A DNA stretch of 63,932 bases, filler included, from Reclinomonas americana ATCC 50394 (GCA_048213135.1; 15 parts of 15 records of this genome joined end to end with filler, not necessarily neighbours in it), one strand, 5' to 3'; counted from the first letter of the whole stretch, positions 12,961 to 40,205 are shown. Notes: a model not told the origin generated them from the sequence alone. Numbers and translations are program-made.

Positions 12961-13124
12961 CCTCTCTCCTCTCTCCTCCCTCCTCTCTCCTCTCTCCTCT
13001 CTCCTCCCCTCTCTCCCTCCTCTCCCTCTCTCCCTCTCTCCCCTTCCTCCTGCCCCCTTCCTCTCGCCCCCTTCTCCTTCTCCCTCATTCTCCTTCTCCC
13101 TCATTCTCCTCATCTCCCCACCAG

Positions 13125-13746
13125 GTTCTGGAGGAGATCCGACACGCCGGCAGCGACCCAACAGCCCGCCGCAACATTCTGATCCAGGAGGCGGCCACCA
13201 TCGAGATGTGGGAAGAGGACATTACCAACATGGTCAAGGGTGAGAGACTGAGAGAGAGAGAGAAAGAGAGAAAGAGAGAAAGAGATTGAGACAGATGCGA
13301 GACGACCCTCTGCTCTTCTCTCTCTCTCTTCCCTTCCTGTCCCACTCACTCCTTTCCCTCCTCTCCCCCCTCCGGCAGCCTGCATCCTCACCCGCATCTT
13401 CATGCCATACCGAGAAGAAGCGATGCACTCTTCTTCTTCCTCGTCGTCGTCATCATCCACCGGCGGCGCATCTTCAGCCGCAGCTGGAGCGGCGGGAACA
13501 GGAGCGCGTCCGTGCGGCAACTGGAGAGTGCAGTTCTGCACCGACTGGCTGGATCTGTTGGATGACTCGCCCGTGTTCTCGAAGCTGTTCTGGACGGTGT
13601 GCGAGGTCGCCAACATGCTGGTCCGCTACCAAAAGATGAAGGGCGTGACGCTGACGAAGCGACAAGCGTTTTCGGAGATTTACGAGATGACGGGCCAGGA
13701 GGCGTTCAACTTGGCCGTGCTGCCGCGGGATCCGTTTGAGAAGTGA
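13125..13746 (+). CDS. 3' exons of a hypothetical protein
   Basis: Exons about 13125-13239 and 13379-13746 with AG/GT boundaries and GC-rich coding style (..DWLDLLDDSPVFSKLFWTVCEVANMLVRY..EIYEMTGQEAFNLAVLPRDPFEK-stop). Family not recognised. Confidence 0.75.
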
Positions 13747-13984
13747 GAGACTGGTGCACAAGCGTGCGCCATATATTGCCGAGAGAGTTTTTTGTATTGT
13801 GTGAATGGAGGTGGTTGTTTATGAGAGGCAGGAGAGGGGACTGCTTTTCTGTGAGGGGTAGGAGAATGTGTACTGTTCGTGGATGTAGCCCAGAGCAGGC
13901 GTGGCTCCTTTTAGCGCGCTCGGGGAAACAGCGTCACAGAGCGAGCAGATCTTTCTTCACGCGATGTGCTGTTTGCAGATGCCG

Positions 13985-14390
13985 CTGTTGTTCTCAAGGC
14001 TGGTGCAGCGAGTAGCTGCACATCTTCTTGACTTGCCTGGAGACACAGCTGGGTGATGCTTCTCGGTGTGTTGTAGGCATCTTGTGATCTGTTGTTCTCA
14101 AGGCTGGTGCAGCGAGTAGCTGCACATCTTCTTGACTCGCTTGTGGAAACAGCAGTGTGACGCTACTCGGTGTGTTGTCTCCAAGGCATCTTGTGATCTG
14201 TTGTTCTCGAGGCTGGTGCAGCGAGTAGCTGCACATCTTCTTGACTTGCTTGGAGACACAGCTGGGTGATGCTTCTCGGTGTGTTGTCTCCAAGGCATCT
14301 TGTAATCTGTTTTTCTCAAGACTCGTGCAGTGAGTGGCTGCACATCTTCTTGACTCGCTTGGAGACACAGCAGTGTGACGCTGCTCAGAG
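13985..14390. repeat. Tandem repeat of four 104-109 bp units in A-B-A-B order
   Basis: Units start at about 13985, 14089, 14198 and 14307 with the core ctgttgttctcaaggctggtgcagcgagtagctgcacatcttcttgact. Confidence 0.9.
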
Positions 14391-14873
14391 TGGGCAATCC
14401 TTCTCGGTGTGTCTGCTCTTGTTCAGTTTTCGTCAATATACGCTTACAATGCTGCACGTCGCACTGCTGCCAGACACTCTCCAGTGGCAGAATAGTGGTG
14501 TACATCTTCGTTTTCTGTTCCAGCATGTGCTGTACGTAGACAACAGCAGTCTGCTTGCAGAGGGTGCACTGAACAGCTGAGCTAGACCTTTCCTCCCCTC
14601 GGCCTCCCAGTTCTTGCTGCTGTGCCTCTTTATCTCACACCGAGAGTCGGAAAATTGTACTTGTCCTTTCCCCTTCTCCCTTCCCTCTCCCTTCCCTCTC
14701 CCTTCCCTTCCCTTCTCCTTCCCTTCCCCTTTCCCTTCCTCCTTTCCCTTTTATCCCCCTCTCCTTTCCCTCTCTCTCTCTTAAAAAGTGGTCGTTTACA
14801 TGATGTGTTATTACCAGTCCATACACGTACAAGTTATCAAACTCTCTTTTCTATCCCTCTATCTTTACGTCCA

Positions 14874-16650
14874 TCAACATTGCCGGTAACCCGCAGTACC
14901 AGCCGTCCGTGGTGCGTGCGGCGGGCGGTTGCCAGCGCGCTTGGCGGCCTTGATCATGCCCGAGGCGGAGGGCAAGAACGAGCCGGGCATTCCGCCACTT
15001 CCGCCACCACCACCACGCGACTGCATGCCACCTCCGCCCACCATGTCGTGGTTGAGGGCACGCAGAATGGCGGCCGGTGTCGGCGTGACATCCTGGTGCT
15101 GCAGCGCCACCATATCGCGCGTCGCCTGTCGGATCTCGTCGATGCGCGAGCGCGTCTGAATGCTCGTCTGTAACCTCTTGGCGAGGGCGTTGAGGTCGAC
15201 GGGAATGGGTGGCGGCGCCTTGATCAGCGCCATCTCCCGCTGCGCCTCCTGCGCCATGCGCAGGTGCATCTCCACCTGCATCTGGCGCGCCTGCAGGCTC
15301 TGCGCTAACCTGGCCAGCTCGGCACCGGCCGCCGTGTCGGGCATCATGGCCGAGGTGGCGGCCAGCGCCGATGAGGCCGCCAGTGCGGCCAGTGGGCCCA
15401 GGCGCGACATGGAGGTGGGACTGGTCATGGCGCTTCTGCCACCACCGCCACCGTTGCTATTGTCGGAGGGCCGCTGTTGGAGAATGGCAGGCAGTGTGCG
15501 CGCATTGGCCGCACGTCGCTGCTGCTCCATCTGCATCTGCATGTGCCGCCGCGCCGTGTCGCAAATGGTCGGCGTCATTAACCGGCCCGGCGTCGCGTAC
15601 ATGCTCGGCAGGAAGGGCGGTACAAGGGCGCGTGGATTCAGCACCGTTCTGCGAGTGGGTGGGTGAGCACGCGAGGCGCAAGGGGAGAGAGACAGAGAAA
15701 GAGAGAGGAAAGGCCAGCAAACCTGTCTTCCGCATCGCGCACAAACGACACGAGCGACGATCGCCGCTCGTCCTCACGCGGGTTGGCCTCGCCAAACTGC
15801 AACCGCCGCAGGTACGCAATCGCCTTTTTCGTGCGCAACTGCGCCCCTCGGTCCTCGGCAATCTGCCGCTCCTCCTGCGCCAGCGGAGACAAGTCGCCTC
15901 CGCGCTTCTCCGCCACCGCATGCACGACCGCCGCAGTCGCCGCGTCCTCCTGTGCACTGCCGCCCATCGCCAGTCCCGCAGCCGTCACCGACCACGACTC
16001 CGAAGGCGACAAAAGATCGCCCGGCAGCGCCTCCACTGTCGGCGAGTGCAACACCCGCACATGCGGGTACACATGCTCATCGCCCTCGACGCGCACTCGT
16101 CGCTTCCATCGCTGCCGGTCCCCCTCTGTCGGTGCCTCGCCCGCCGGTGGATTGTACGAGCGATCGGCGGGCGATGGCGTCGCCCCAAAGCGGTTGGGCG
16201 AGAGCACAGGAGGAGGCGAGGTGACGGCCGACACTGGCATGTCCTGCACGCCCATGAGCATGGCCTTGGCCTGCTGCAGCGAAACTCCTGCTCGCAGGGC
16301 GTTGTCGCGTGGCGCCCATGGTGTGTCGGTGCCACTTGATCGCGCTGGGAGCACACCCGCGCGGCGGAGGATACTCGCTGCGTCGTCCACACCTTCACAG
16401 TGAAAGAGTGAGCCTCCGGTGTGTGTCACAGAGAGTGTGACAACAACAACAACCACAACAACAACACTCAACTTATTGACACGCCGGGCGTGCGTCGCTT
16501 CTTCTTCCTCTTCGCCTTGGTTTTCACCTGCTCATCGTCCCGAATTTCTTCGACCTCGCAGCTGTCGTCCGGTTCCGCCACATCGTGCGAGTGGTGGTGA
16601 CGGACGCGCTTGCACACTTCAGAAGAAGGCGAAAGAACGCCTGCGGACAT
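14874..16650 (-). CDS. Hypothetical protein (3 exons; basic NLS-like N-terminus, low-complexity and coiled-coil regions)
   Basis: ATG 16650 (MSAGVLSP..KTKAKRKKKRR). Long ORFs 15638-16471 and 14874-15644 can be joined through GT-AG introns. Confidence 0.7.
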
Positions 16651-17856
16651 GCCTCCTCTTTGTGCGTGCAATAATAAAAAGAAAAACGCAGAAAAAAACG
16701 AATAAAACCAATTGCAATTGAGTGCGACAATTGCGGACAAAGCAATCAATTGGTCGGCACGGCAGCCACAGTGCGTCTCTGTGGGTCAGGACCCTGCTTT
16801 TCTGTGTCGCCTGCTGCTGGCTTCTTTCCGATCCGACGGCGATGGAAAGCGAGTGCATTTGTGCGTCTTGCAGTTGCGATATCATCGATTGAGACCGATT
16901 GCGCCGCTGTGGCACCTCGCATGCGCGATATCGATCGCAGAAAACTGCCCAGAGTGCTATGTAGTGCGCATCATTGCAGCCTATAACTGCACAGCTGCAG
17001 ACTTGCCTTGAATCGGGCAGCGAAATCGATAGCCGTCGCGAATTCGAATCCGAAATGACAAGCACGATATCGGTCGCGAAGCTGGCTACCCTTCCGTCAG
17101 GATCGGCGCCTGCAGGTTAAGCGACTAGTCAAATCCGTGTACGTTATGAGCCGTGATTTCTGTTGCAGAAACGCCAGCATTAGCTCGACCTTTTCTCGTT
17201 TTTCCGTGATATCTAGATCTGAGTTTCTGGNNNNNNNNNNNNNNNNNNNNNNNNNNNNNNNNNNNNNNNNNNNNTTAATTAATTAANNNNNNNNNNNNNN
17301 NNNNNNNNNNNNNNNNNNNNNNNNNNNNNNGTGCGGCGAACGGCAGGACCACCACTCACTCAAGATGGTGACCATCATGCAGCTATGTTGCTGTTTGGAT
17401 TAGGAAAATTGTTGTTGTTGGATGTACTTAGATTGCTATCGTCGTGACAGCTGCTGCAGCTGCTTGCAGTTGCTTGTGAACGAATTGCAGATGCTGCAAA
17501 ATACCGATTTCGAATGAATTGGCACTTGTACAGGGTCCAAGGGCCAGGAGCCTACCTATATACGAATGCACACAATGTACACACTCCTATGGTGGCTGAG
17601 GCTTCTACCGTTTCGCGTTGAATCGCACAAATCTCCGAGTTGTCCGTCGACGTCGACGTCAACTTCGCCCACCTGGTTTTAAAATGCACCACGGTCGTCC
17701 ACGCGATAGAAACAGAGAGCCACACGTACTACATGCAGCTCCACACAGACACAAGAGCACTGGCGGCGTGGGACCAAACGGACAAAGAGTTTCAACCTGC
17801 AAATAGACTCTCGCCGAGAGCGCGCTGCGCTGTGTGTGCAACCTGTGCTCGTCGCC

Positions 17857-19125
17857 ATGTTCAAGAAGGGACCACTGCGGGTATGCGTGCACTTCTTCCT
17901 CTCCTTCATTCTCTCTTCCTCTGTGATTGCGTCATGCTAACCAACTGTCTCTCCTTCCCTCTCTCCCTCTCTCTCTGCGTACAGTACTCACAAGGCCAAC
18001 TGAAGCAATCGGATCGCAAGAAGTTCAAGAGCAAGGTGCGCTGCGTTCACACCTCGCCACGCAAAAGTCATGAACGCACATCCTCTCACTCTCTACATAG
18101 TTGGAGGCAACTCTCTCCGGCACTGGTGTCAATGCCGACGAGGTGCTCGACGCCATGATGCCAGGCAAAGAACCGATTGCCACGTGGAAGGTGAGCGTGG
18201 CGCAGACATGTCGAGCTCTTCCCACTCTCACTCACACTCACGCACTCATAAGATTGCGGGTACGCGCGCGATTGTTTATGCGGTGAACGGCGAGCCACTG
18301 TTCTTCCACGGAGACGAGCGCGATCCAGTGATTCCCTCACTGTATGCACTGTGGAAGTGTCCGGCATTGGCCAAGGCCATCATTCCCGTACATGCACCCG
18401 TATCGCAGGTTGGCGCTCTTTTCTAGCAGAGGAAGAAGGAGGAGGAAGAGGAGGAGGAGGAAGAAGAAGAAGGACAAGCAGAGAAAGAGAAGAGCAACGG
18501 GAAGAAGAGGAGGAAGAAGAAGAACACCTTCGATATCTCTCTCTCCCCCACACACACTCTCAGACTTACGTGCATGCACGTGCATAGTTTATCTTTCGTG
18601 GAGCTGATGTGATGCTTCCGGGCGTGGCGATCCCGGGCTCGGCATTGCCGTCGTACAAGGCAAATGACTCGGCGGCGATCTTGTGTGTCGGCAATCCGTA
18701 TGCGGTGTGTGTGGCCGTGGCAGCGTGCTCCAGGTGTGTAGTGTGAACCAGGTGCTTTGTTTGCAAGGTGAGGCGCTTACGGTATTCTGTGGAGCAGCAA
18801 GGACGCAGAGGTGAAGCAGCGGATGCGAGGTGTCGGCTATCGTGTCGTGCATGTGTACGGTGATGCGCTGTGGGAGTTGGGCTCCAAGTTCACGCCACCG
18901 GGGTTTGAGCCGACGCGTGTACATCGTATTGCGCCGGAGGAGGTGGATGAGCAGTTGATGGAGGTTCTCAGCGCCTTGCAGCTGATGGATGCGCCGGAGG
19001 GTGATGAGAGTGCGTAGTGGTAGCCGGGGACAAACCGATGAGTGTTCTCCTCTCTCTCTCTCTTTCTGCCAGTCACTCTCATTGTGCATTCTTTCTGTCT
19101 CTCCTATCGCCCAGCCGCCCTCACC

Positions 19126-19168
<43 letters not shown>

Positions 19169-20524
19169 NNNNNNNNNNNNNNNNNNNNNNNNNNNNNNNN
19201 NNNNNNNNNNNNTTAATTAATTAANNNNNNNNNNNNNNNNNNNNNNNNNNNNNNNNNNNNNNNNNNNNTGCGCGTGTGTGTGTGTGTGAGAGAGAGAGAG
19301 AGACAGAGGCAGAAGAGGGGCGAATGTGCGCTGCGGTCTGTCTCCTCTCTTCACTCCTTGTCGTTCTCATGCGCTCGTGAACAGCTGCAAACGCTGCTCA
19401 AGTGGTTCAAGGACGAGAAGATTATCTTTACGAAGAACCTGCCGTCGGGCGAAGTGCAAATCATCAGAATTAACCGCAAGGCCGACGAGTTGCGTCACAT
19501 CCACCACCATGTGCACTTCACGAACGTCAAGCACATCCCCTCTCCCACCAGAATTGTCAACGTGAAGCGAACGCACGACCCAGCGACGTTTGCCGGTGCA
19601 TCCGCCGAGCGCGAGGCAGAGCAAGCCGAGTCTGCAAGGTAAATTCGTCCACGCTTCCCTCACCTCCCTTCCCCTCTTCGTGTCACCCACCTTGGTGTCT
19701 CTGCAGAGAGGCTGCCGTGTTCGGCCCCGTCGAGTTGCAGATGCTGTACAAGCCGCAGCATCACGTCCGCCCACTCTTCCCCCGTTCCAAGGTCGAGAAG
19801 GGACGACTGTACACCACGGCGGAGATTGCCGAGTGCTGTCGTGCGTACGCCGCCGAGCACGGCTTGGTGAATGCCGCCGATCCGAACGTGATCGAGGTGG
19901 ACGAGACGTTGCAGGCGATTGTCAATGACATTGCGACGACACCGCGCGATCTGCTCGATAAGGTCATCTCGCAGATGCAGGTGCACTACCAGGTGATGCG
20001 ACGGAACCCAGGTACGGTTGCTCATCCCTCCACACGGAAAACAAGGTCACTCACCCTTGTGTGTGCGTGCTGCAGCTGGCGAAGTGGAGGCACAGGCGCC
20101 CAAGAAGGGCACCGCACCACCCAAGATCACACTGTCGGTAGTCGATCGACAGGGCGGACGCAAGCACGTCACCAACGTCTCCAAGTGCGTGCTTCTCCCC
20201 ACGTCGCCTCCCCTCTTACCCACCCGCATGCTGATTCCCACACTTACACAGTCTCGCCGAGTACGGTCTCGACCTGGACGACCTCACACAAGTCCTCTCG
20301 AAGAAGCTGGCCACCTCCTTCACCATCTCCGAAGAGGTACGACGCGTTGAGAACTGCTCCAGCTCCCCGTGTACATCGACGCTCACATGTACAAAAAAAC
20401 ACAGATGCTGGTGGCGCAAGGCGAGGTCGCAGAAGAGATCTATCAGCACCTGGTCGATGTGTGCCGCATTCCACGCCAGTTCATCGGCGACTTGCCCTCC
20501 AAGTCCAAGAAGAAGCGACGCTAA
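17857..20524 (+). CDS. EIF2D: Eukaryotic translation initiation factor 2D (ligatin), spanning the gap at 19169-19268
   Basis: MFKK..LKQSDRKKF; PLFF..IPSLYALWKCP; GADVMLPGV and GDALW (pre-PUA/PUA); SWIB-like segment (YAAEHGLV..IEVDETL); SUI1 domain (RQGGRKHVT..VAQGEV..IPRQFI). Stop at 20522-20524. Confidence 0.92.
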
Positions 20525-20599
20525 TCGACACGCACGAAACAGAGAGACAAATACACTCGCGCGCATTTCCCGCACACAAACACAAACACACACACACAC

Positions 20600-21418
20600 A
20601 TGAAACGCGAACTGAGTGTGCCTCTCGGTGCACCCTCAGGCCGCACATGTCTCGCCTGCGCCACTGTGACCGACGACGCTGGCGAACAGCTGCGCACTCT
20701 CTCTCACACACTCACACACACAAAAAGTCACACTCTCTCACACTCTGCGTGTGTGACAGGCACTCTGCAGTGGCCGTGCGCGTCCACTGTGCACAACTAC
20801 ACATTGTGCGCGATGGAGCTCTTGTCAATGTCCTTTGTGTGGAGAGAGAGGAGGAGGGAGATGACATTGTGCATGTGTCATGCAATGCGCGCACTGTGTG
20901 TGTGATTACGGGAGCGGGCGATGTGTGGCTGTGCACGTGGACGCAACTGATGGGAGCGGGCAAGAATGTGCGGCGGAAAGTGGCGGGAAAAGTCGGCGCG
21001 AAACGAGCGGCAGTGGAACTCGTGCATCGCGATGGCGATCGTCAGCAGAGTAAGCGAGCAAAGGTGGCTCTTTCTCTCTCTCTCCACTCTGTTGCCTCGC
21101 TCTTCTCATCACCTGTAGTCTCCTGTTGTCTCCTCCCCTCTCCTCTCGCCTATTTCTCCCGCATTCTGCAGCCTCTTCTGTCGTCTCTATTCCCGTTGCC
21201 TTTCCGCTTCCTCCTCATTCTCCCTCTTTCTTTCTTCCGTTCCCTCACTGCAACTGCCTCCTCCCGCTCACATCCATTCTTCTCCGCGCCTCCATCTANN
21301 NNNNNNNNNNNNNNNNNNNNNNNNNNNNNNNNNNNNNNNNNNTTAATTAATTAANNNNNNNNNNNNNNNNNNNNNNNNNNNNNNNNNNNNNNNNNNNNCT
21401 CTCTCTCTCTTCTCCGTC

Positions 21419-21476
<58 letters not shown>

Positions 21477-24400
21477 CTCCGTCCTTACCTCAAACCACTG
21501 TCCCCGCCCTCTCACATCTCCACTTCTTCTCCGCGCCTCCATCCAGGATCGACTGCGCTCTTCTGTTGTCTCCCTTCTCCTTCGTTCTTGCTTCCTTCTC
21601 CTCCTTCCTGACTCCACTCTCCTCTCGCTCACTCCCGCGCTCTCTCCTCCCTCATTGCAACCCTCTTCTTGTCTCCGTTTTCTTTTACTTCTCGCTTCCT
21701 CCTTCTTATTCTCACTCGTCGTTTCCTTGTCCTGTTCTTCTCCTTCCCATCCCCTCCTTTCCTCCTCATCCCCTCCTTTCTCCTCATTCCTCTTTCTCTC
21801 GCTGTCCTCCCCCTTCTTACCCACTCCATCCCCCTCACTTTCGCAGTCCGCCCTCGGAGCTTCCGCCCCTCCATCAGTCGACGGCATTCGCCGCTCGAGC
21901 AGCATGTGCGACCATTTCCCTTTTCGTGCAGCGCCATTGCGCCACCACGCATCGCGGCTGTGCTCGCTGGTGAGTGACAGGTTGCCTTCTTACTTCCTCC
22001 TATGGCACTGATTACTCCAAACGCAGGTCGGAGCGCAACTGGCGACCACGCTGCCGAACAATGAATGCACCGTGTTGCACGTCTGCGGCTCGCCAGTCGA
22101 CTCGATGGCGCTGTGTTATCGCGTGCAGGCGGAATCGATCGAAGACGAGGTCATGGAGGTGGATCGCCAGTCGCGAAAGCAGCCACATTTCGATACACCC
22201 GATGACGAGCTGGCAGCGCCGTCATTTTCACTCTTTTGCGACGACACTGACTCTCCTGGCATCGCTGCTGCGGCACCACCGCCATCGTCGTCGTCTGCTT
22301 CGACAGCCGTGGTGCGCATGATGCCACTGACGCTGGCGTCGATGCGACTCGTCACTTGCATTGCTGGCGAGTCGTGTTATGTGCAGCACTTATTTGCATC
22401 CTCATCTCTGATTGCTCACTCACTCCGTACAGGAGTCTCACACAAGGCATCGATCGTGTCGCGGTGTTTGCCTGGCTACGCGAGGTTTGCTTGCTTGTTG
22501 TTCGCCTGTCAGTGATGGATGTCTGTCTCACTGCCATGGCGCAGTCGCCTGCTGAACCTCGATTGCGTCTTTGTGGGCGACGCTGCCGGTGCCGTTTACA
22601 TCATGGCGATACCCGACTTGTCAGCACGCGCTGCGTCGGGGTCGGGCAGACAGTCGACAGTGGGCGCACTCGTGCACCGGCTTCACGGATCGATTGTGTA
22701 CGTGGAATGCATCAAGTCACCCTCGTGTGCCGCAACCGACGACTGCGATGTCTTGGCGGTTGTGAGGTTGGTCTCCTTCTTCTCCTTCTCCTTCTCGCTT
22801 CCACGTGCGCCTGACGGCAAGACCGCTGCAGCTCCACCGGTGACGCCTTTGCGTTGAGTGCCGACCCACTGTGCCGTCCTCTGGTGTGGCGATTTCCGCA
22901 GCCAGTGTCTTCCTGTTGCTGCTTGTCGGTACGTTGTGCGACCCGTTGCTTTTGGCGGGGTGGATGCTTACTGTTACACGTTCAGGGCGTGTTGTATGCA
23001 GTGGCGGAGGGCGATCGACGACAAGTATTCTCGGCTCGTTTGTTCCGCGACGCTCCCTCCGAGTTGCTGCCGGTGGTGACAGCCACCACCTCTGTCGGTG
23101 CTTGATGACTGCGTGCCATCCCTCATTGTCGCAGCGTGCTCACGTTATTTGTGCGACAGCCTCGCTGCCTGGCGTGCGACGGATCTCCACCCTCGCATCT
23201 ACCGCACACGTGCGCAATCACGCACTCCTCGATCCGCTGACTGCATTCTCGAGTGACGGCGAGCAGTTCCTCGTCATGGTGACCGAGGATGGTCGTCTCG
23301 AGTTTGCCTCTGCGACAGGCGTCGACGACAGGTTACTATTCTGTGCTGCACTGGAGATTCAATTATTTATGCTCACCACTGGCGCAGCTCGACTGGTGAG
23401 GGCGTTGCATCGCGTTCACTGCGAGAGCGCCTGCAAGCTGCCGCAGAATCGTACACTGTGCTCAGCAATCGACTGACGGTGGCTCGGGAGGAACGCGATG
23501 TGCGTTGCACTGGTTGTCGCGCACTGCCACAGTTGTTTCACATTGTCTTTGCAGGCGTTGTCTCGCCGATTGGAAGGCGGCTTCTCGTTGATTCAGGCCA
23601 TTCAGTCGTCGGGAGGCGCAGCACCAGTTGCGAAGGATGGAAAGATTACAGTAGCTATCATTGTCGCCTCGCATCGCACACCGTCCACTCATTTTCCTCT
23701 TCGCCTTTGTGCACTTCCATTCCATCTCCTTTCTTCTTCTCACAAGTCCATCTCATTGTCGCCCATTCATCGAGCGCTGTTCTTCTCCTTCCTCTCCTCT
23801 CCTTTGCTGTTCGTCACTCCCTTGTCCACTACTCACCTCACTTTTCTCCACCTTCTATTCACTCTCTTTTTTCCCTGCCATCTCCATTCTCTTCTTTTCT
23901 GTCTCCTTGTCTTGTGCTCACCTTACCTTTCTCCACCTTCTATTCACTCTCGTTTTCACTCTCGTTTTCACTCTCATCTTCGCCTGCCCTCTACATTCTC
24001 CTGATCTCTTTTATTCCAGTCCCTCTTGTTTCTTTTCCTCCTTCTCCTTTCTGTCCCTCTGTTCTCTTCTTAGCCTCTTTCTTCTCTTCTCTCTTCTCCA
24101 TCTTACCTCTCCTCTTTTGCAGTCCGACGGCAAACGACCTCTCAGCGGCATCGTGTCATGCACACTGTCGTGGAGCAGCTCACTCACCACCGACGTGAGT
24201 GCACCGGTGCACACGGCGCTGCATTGCGAACTGCAAGTGCTGCAGCCTGCCCTCGACTTGTCTCATGTTTTCGATGGTACGCGCGACGGCAGTCTGCCCT
24301 TTTGCAAGTTGTGCAGTCGCTGACAATTGGCGGGCGTGTGTGCACACTCACAGTGCTGCTGTGTGTGACACACGGCAGTGGCGCAACATCGTCGTGTGTG

Positions 24401-25486
24401 TTTGCGATTCCTCGTCTGGTGGCGGACGAACCGTACACTGTCCAGTGGCCTGTGGCCGTTACCGACTTGAGACCGCTGCGATGCCGTGCGTTCGCCGTCG
24501 TGTCGACCAGTGCACGTCTTCCCACTGGTACGTGTGACAGAGATTGATTGTGTTTGTGACCTCAACTCACCTTCCTCTCTCCCCGCCCTGCAGTGGTGCC
24601 GCTGGCAGACAAGATTGTCGACGTGTTTGGCTTGACAGTGCCGGAGTTTCCCACTGCCGGCTTTGTGTGTGACAATCGGCAGCGACCATTGCCGTGGAGC
24701 TCCATGCTTCCACATGAGAAGCTGGCACACTCGATGCGACAATTGTGCCAGGTGAGCCTGCAAAGCAACGCACGCATGTGATGTTTTTCTCACCGACCTA
24801 CGTGCTGCGCAGGCATCGCCTCTCCCACAACCCTCTGCGTTGGTTCGCCGGTCGCCCATGCATTTTGTACGCCTTCTTGTGCCGTCGCCAGTGGCTGACA
24901 AGCTGCTGGCCGTGTGTGGGTGCGTGTAACTGCTGTCAGTTGCGAAACCATCGGCTCCTCATTTCTCTCTTGTCAGGGGCTCGACGGCAAAGCACAAAGC
25001 ATCAGCCGTGCGGCGAGCATGCACCATTTTCCGACATCCCATTTCACTCTCTGTGCAACGTGGAGCAGAAGAGTCAGGTTCGAGGAACAGGTGGTGCTGT
25101 CTTGCTTCTCCGACGATAATAATGTGGTTCGATTGCAGAAGATGCGACAGTCACGGTCCAGTGCCCGTCCGTCGCCGTAGAGGGCCTCGTACGTGAGGCC
25201 GTGGACCGCATGATTGCCGAGAGTGCCGTGCCACGCAATGTTGGAGGTACGTCGTGTTCCCCACCACCGTCATCACCACCCAATTCCTGCATGGACTTAA
25301 CACTTGGCGCGCGCAGACTCAGCAGGGCAAGTTGTTACGGCGGTGGAGGCCGATGACATTGCCGGTCTCATGCGACTGCGACAGGCTCTGGAGGCGTTCA
25401 GAAGACAGCTACACAGCATCGAGTTGCGCTTGCTCTCTGGTTGCAATCTCCGTGTCTCTGCCATCTCCGTGCAGGTCGCTTGTTGA
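20600..25486 (+). CDS. Putative FAAP100-like protein (beta-propeller, coiled coil, beta-sandwich); start uncertain
   Basis: Ordered motifs resembling FAAP100 as recalled: LLNLDCVFVGDAAGAV, LVHRLHGSIVYV..DCDVLAV, WRFPQPVSSCC, a helical linker, VVPLADKIVDVF and REAVDRM. Many short GT-AG exons. Spans the gap at 21299-21398. Confidence 0.55.
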
Positions 25487-25813
25487 TTCTTCAATCTGGA
25501 TCCCACTCTCTCTCTCTCTCTCGCATCTCTCTCGTCGTCGTACGTACTCGTTCGTCGTACGTACGTACGTACGTACGTACGTACCGTACCGTACGTTACG
25601 TACGTACGTACGTACGTACGNNNNNNNNNNNNNNNNNNNNNNNNNNNNNNNNNNNNNNNNNNNNTTAATTAATTAANNNNNNNNNNNNNNNNNNNNNNNN
25701 NNNNNNNNNNNNNNNNNNNNTCTCTTCGTTGTCGTACTACTCCGTCGTCGTCTCGTCCGTACTCTCCGTCGTCGACGGTCGTCGTTCGTTGTATTCTTCT
25801 ACTACTCGTACGT

Positions 25814-25877
<64 letters not shown>

Positions 25878-26195
25878 AGCTCCGTGCATTTCTCTAGGGT
25901 CGCTACTCGATACGCACTCGTACTAATTCTACAATGTTTTTGTCAGCTTCTCTCTCCTCCCTCTTCATCCTCACTTCCCTGTCCTTCTTTCACTTCTTCT
26001 CACCATTCATGTCCCTTCTCCCGTATGCTCAGCGACGGCACACGACGCACGCTGGCCACTCTCTACCACGACTGGTGCACGCTGCGGAGCACCACCACCA
26101 CCACCAGCGAACACGTACAATAGTAGTAGTAACAAGATTAATTAATATGTATGATGTAAAAAAAGATGTTAAACAAGCTCTTGTTTTGTTGGCTC

Positions 26196-40057
<13,862 letters not shown>

Positions 40058-40205
40058 NNNNNNNNNNNNNNNNNNNNNNNNNNNNNNNNNNNNNNNNNNN
40101 NTTAATTAATTAANNNNNNNNNNNNNNNNNNNNNNNNNNNNNNNNNNNNNNNNNNNNGAGACAGGGCATGTCACCCTCTCAAAATCTCAATCGTGCTGCG
40201 ATCAG

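Noticed and set aside
13985..14390. CRISPR-like array
   Set aside because: The variable parts are not unique (A-B-A-B), the constant part is too long, no cas genes are present and the context is eukaryotic.
25535..25620. (TACG)n / (GTC)n-like runs at segment ends (also about 25721-25815, 44720-44818, 44919-44990, 51621-51715)
   Set aside because: They occur only beside gaps and microsatellites and mirror the TACG flow order of 454 pyrosequencing. Most likely read-end noise, not a telomere or satellite.
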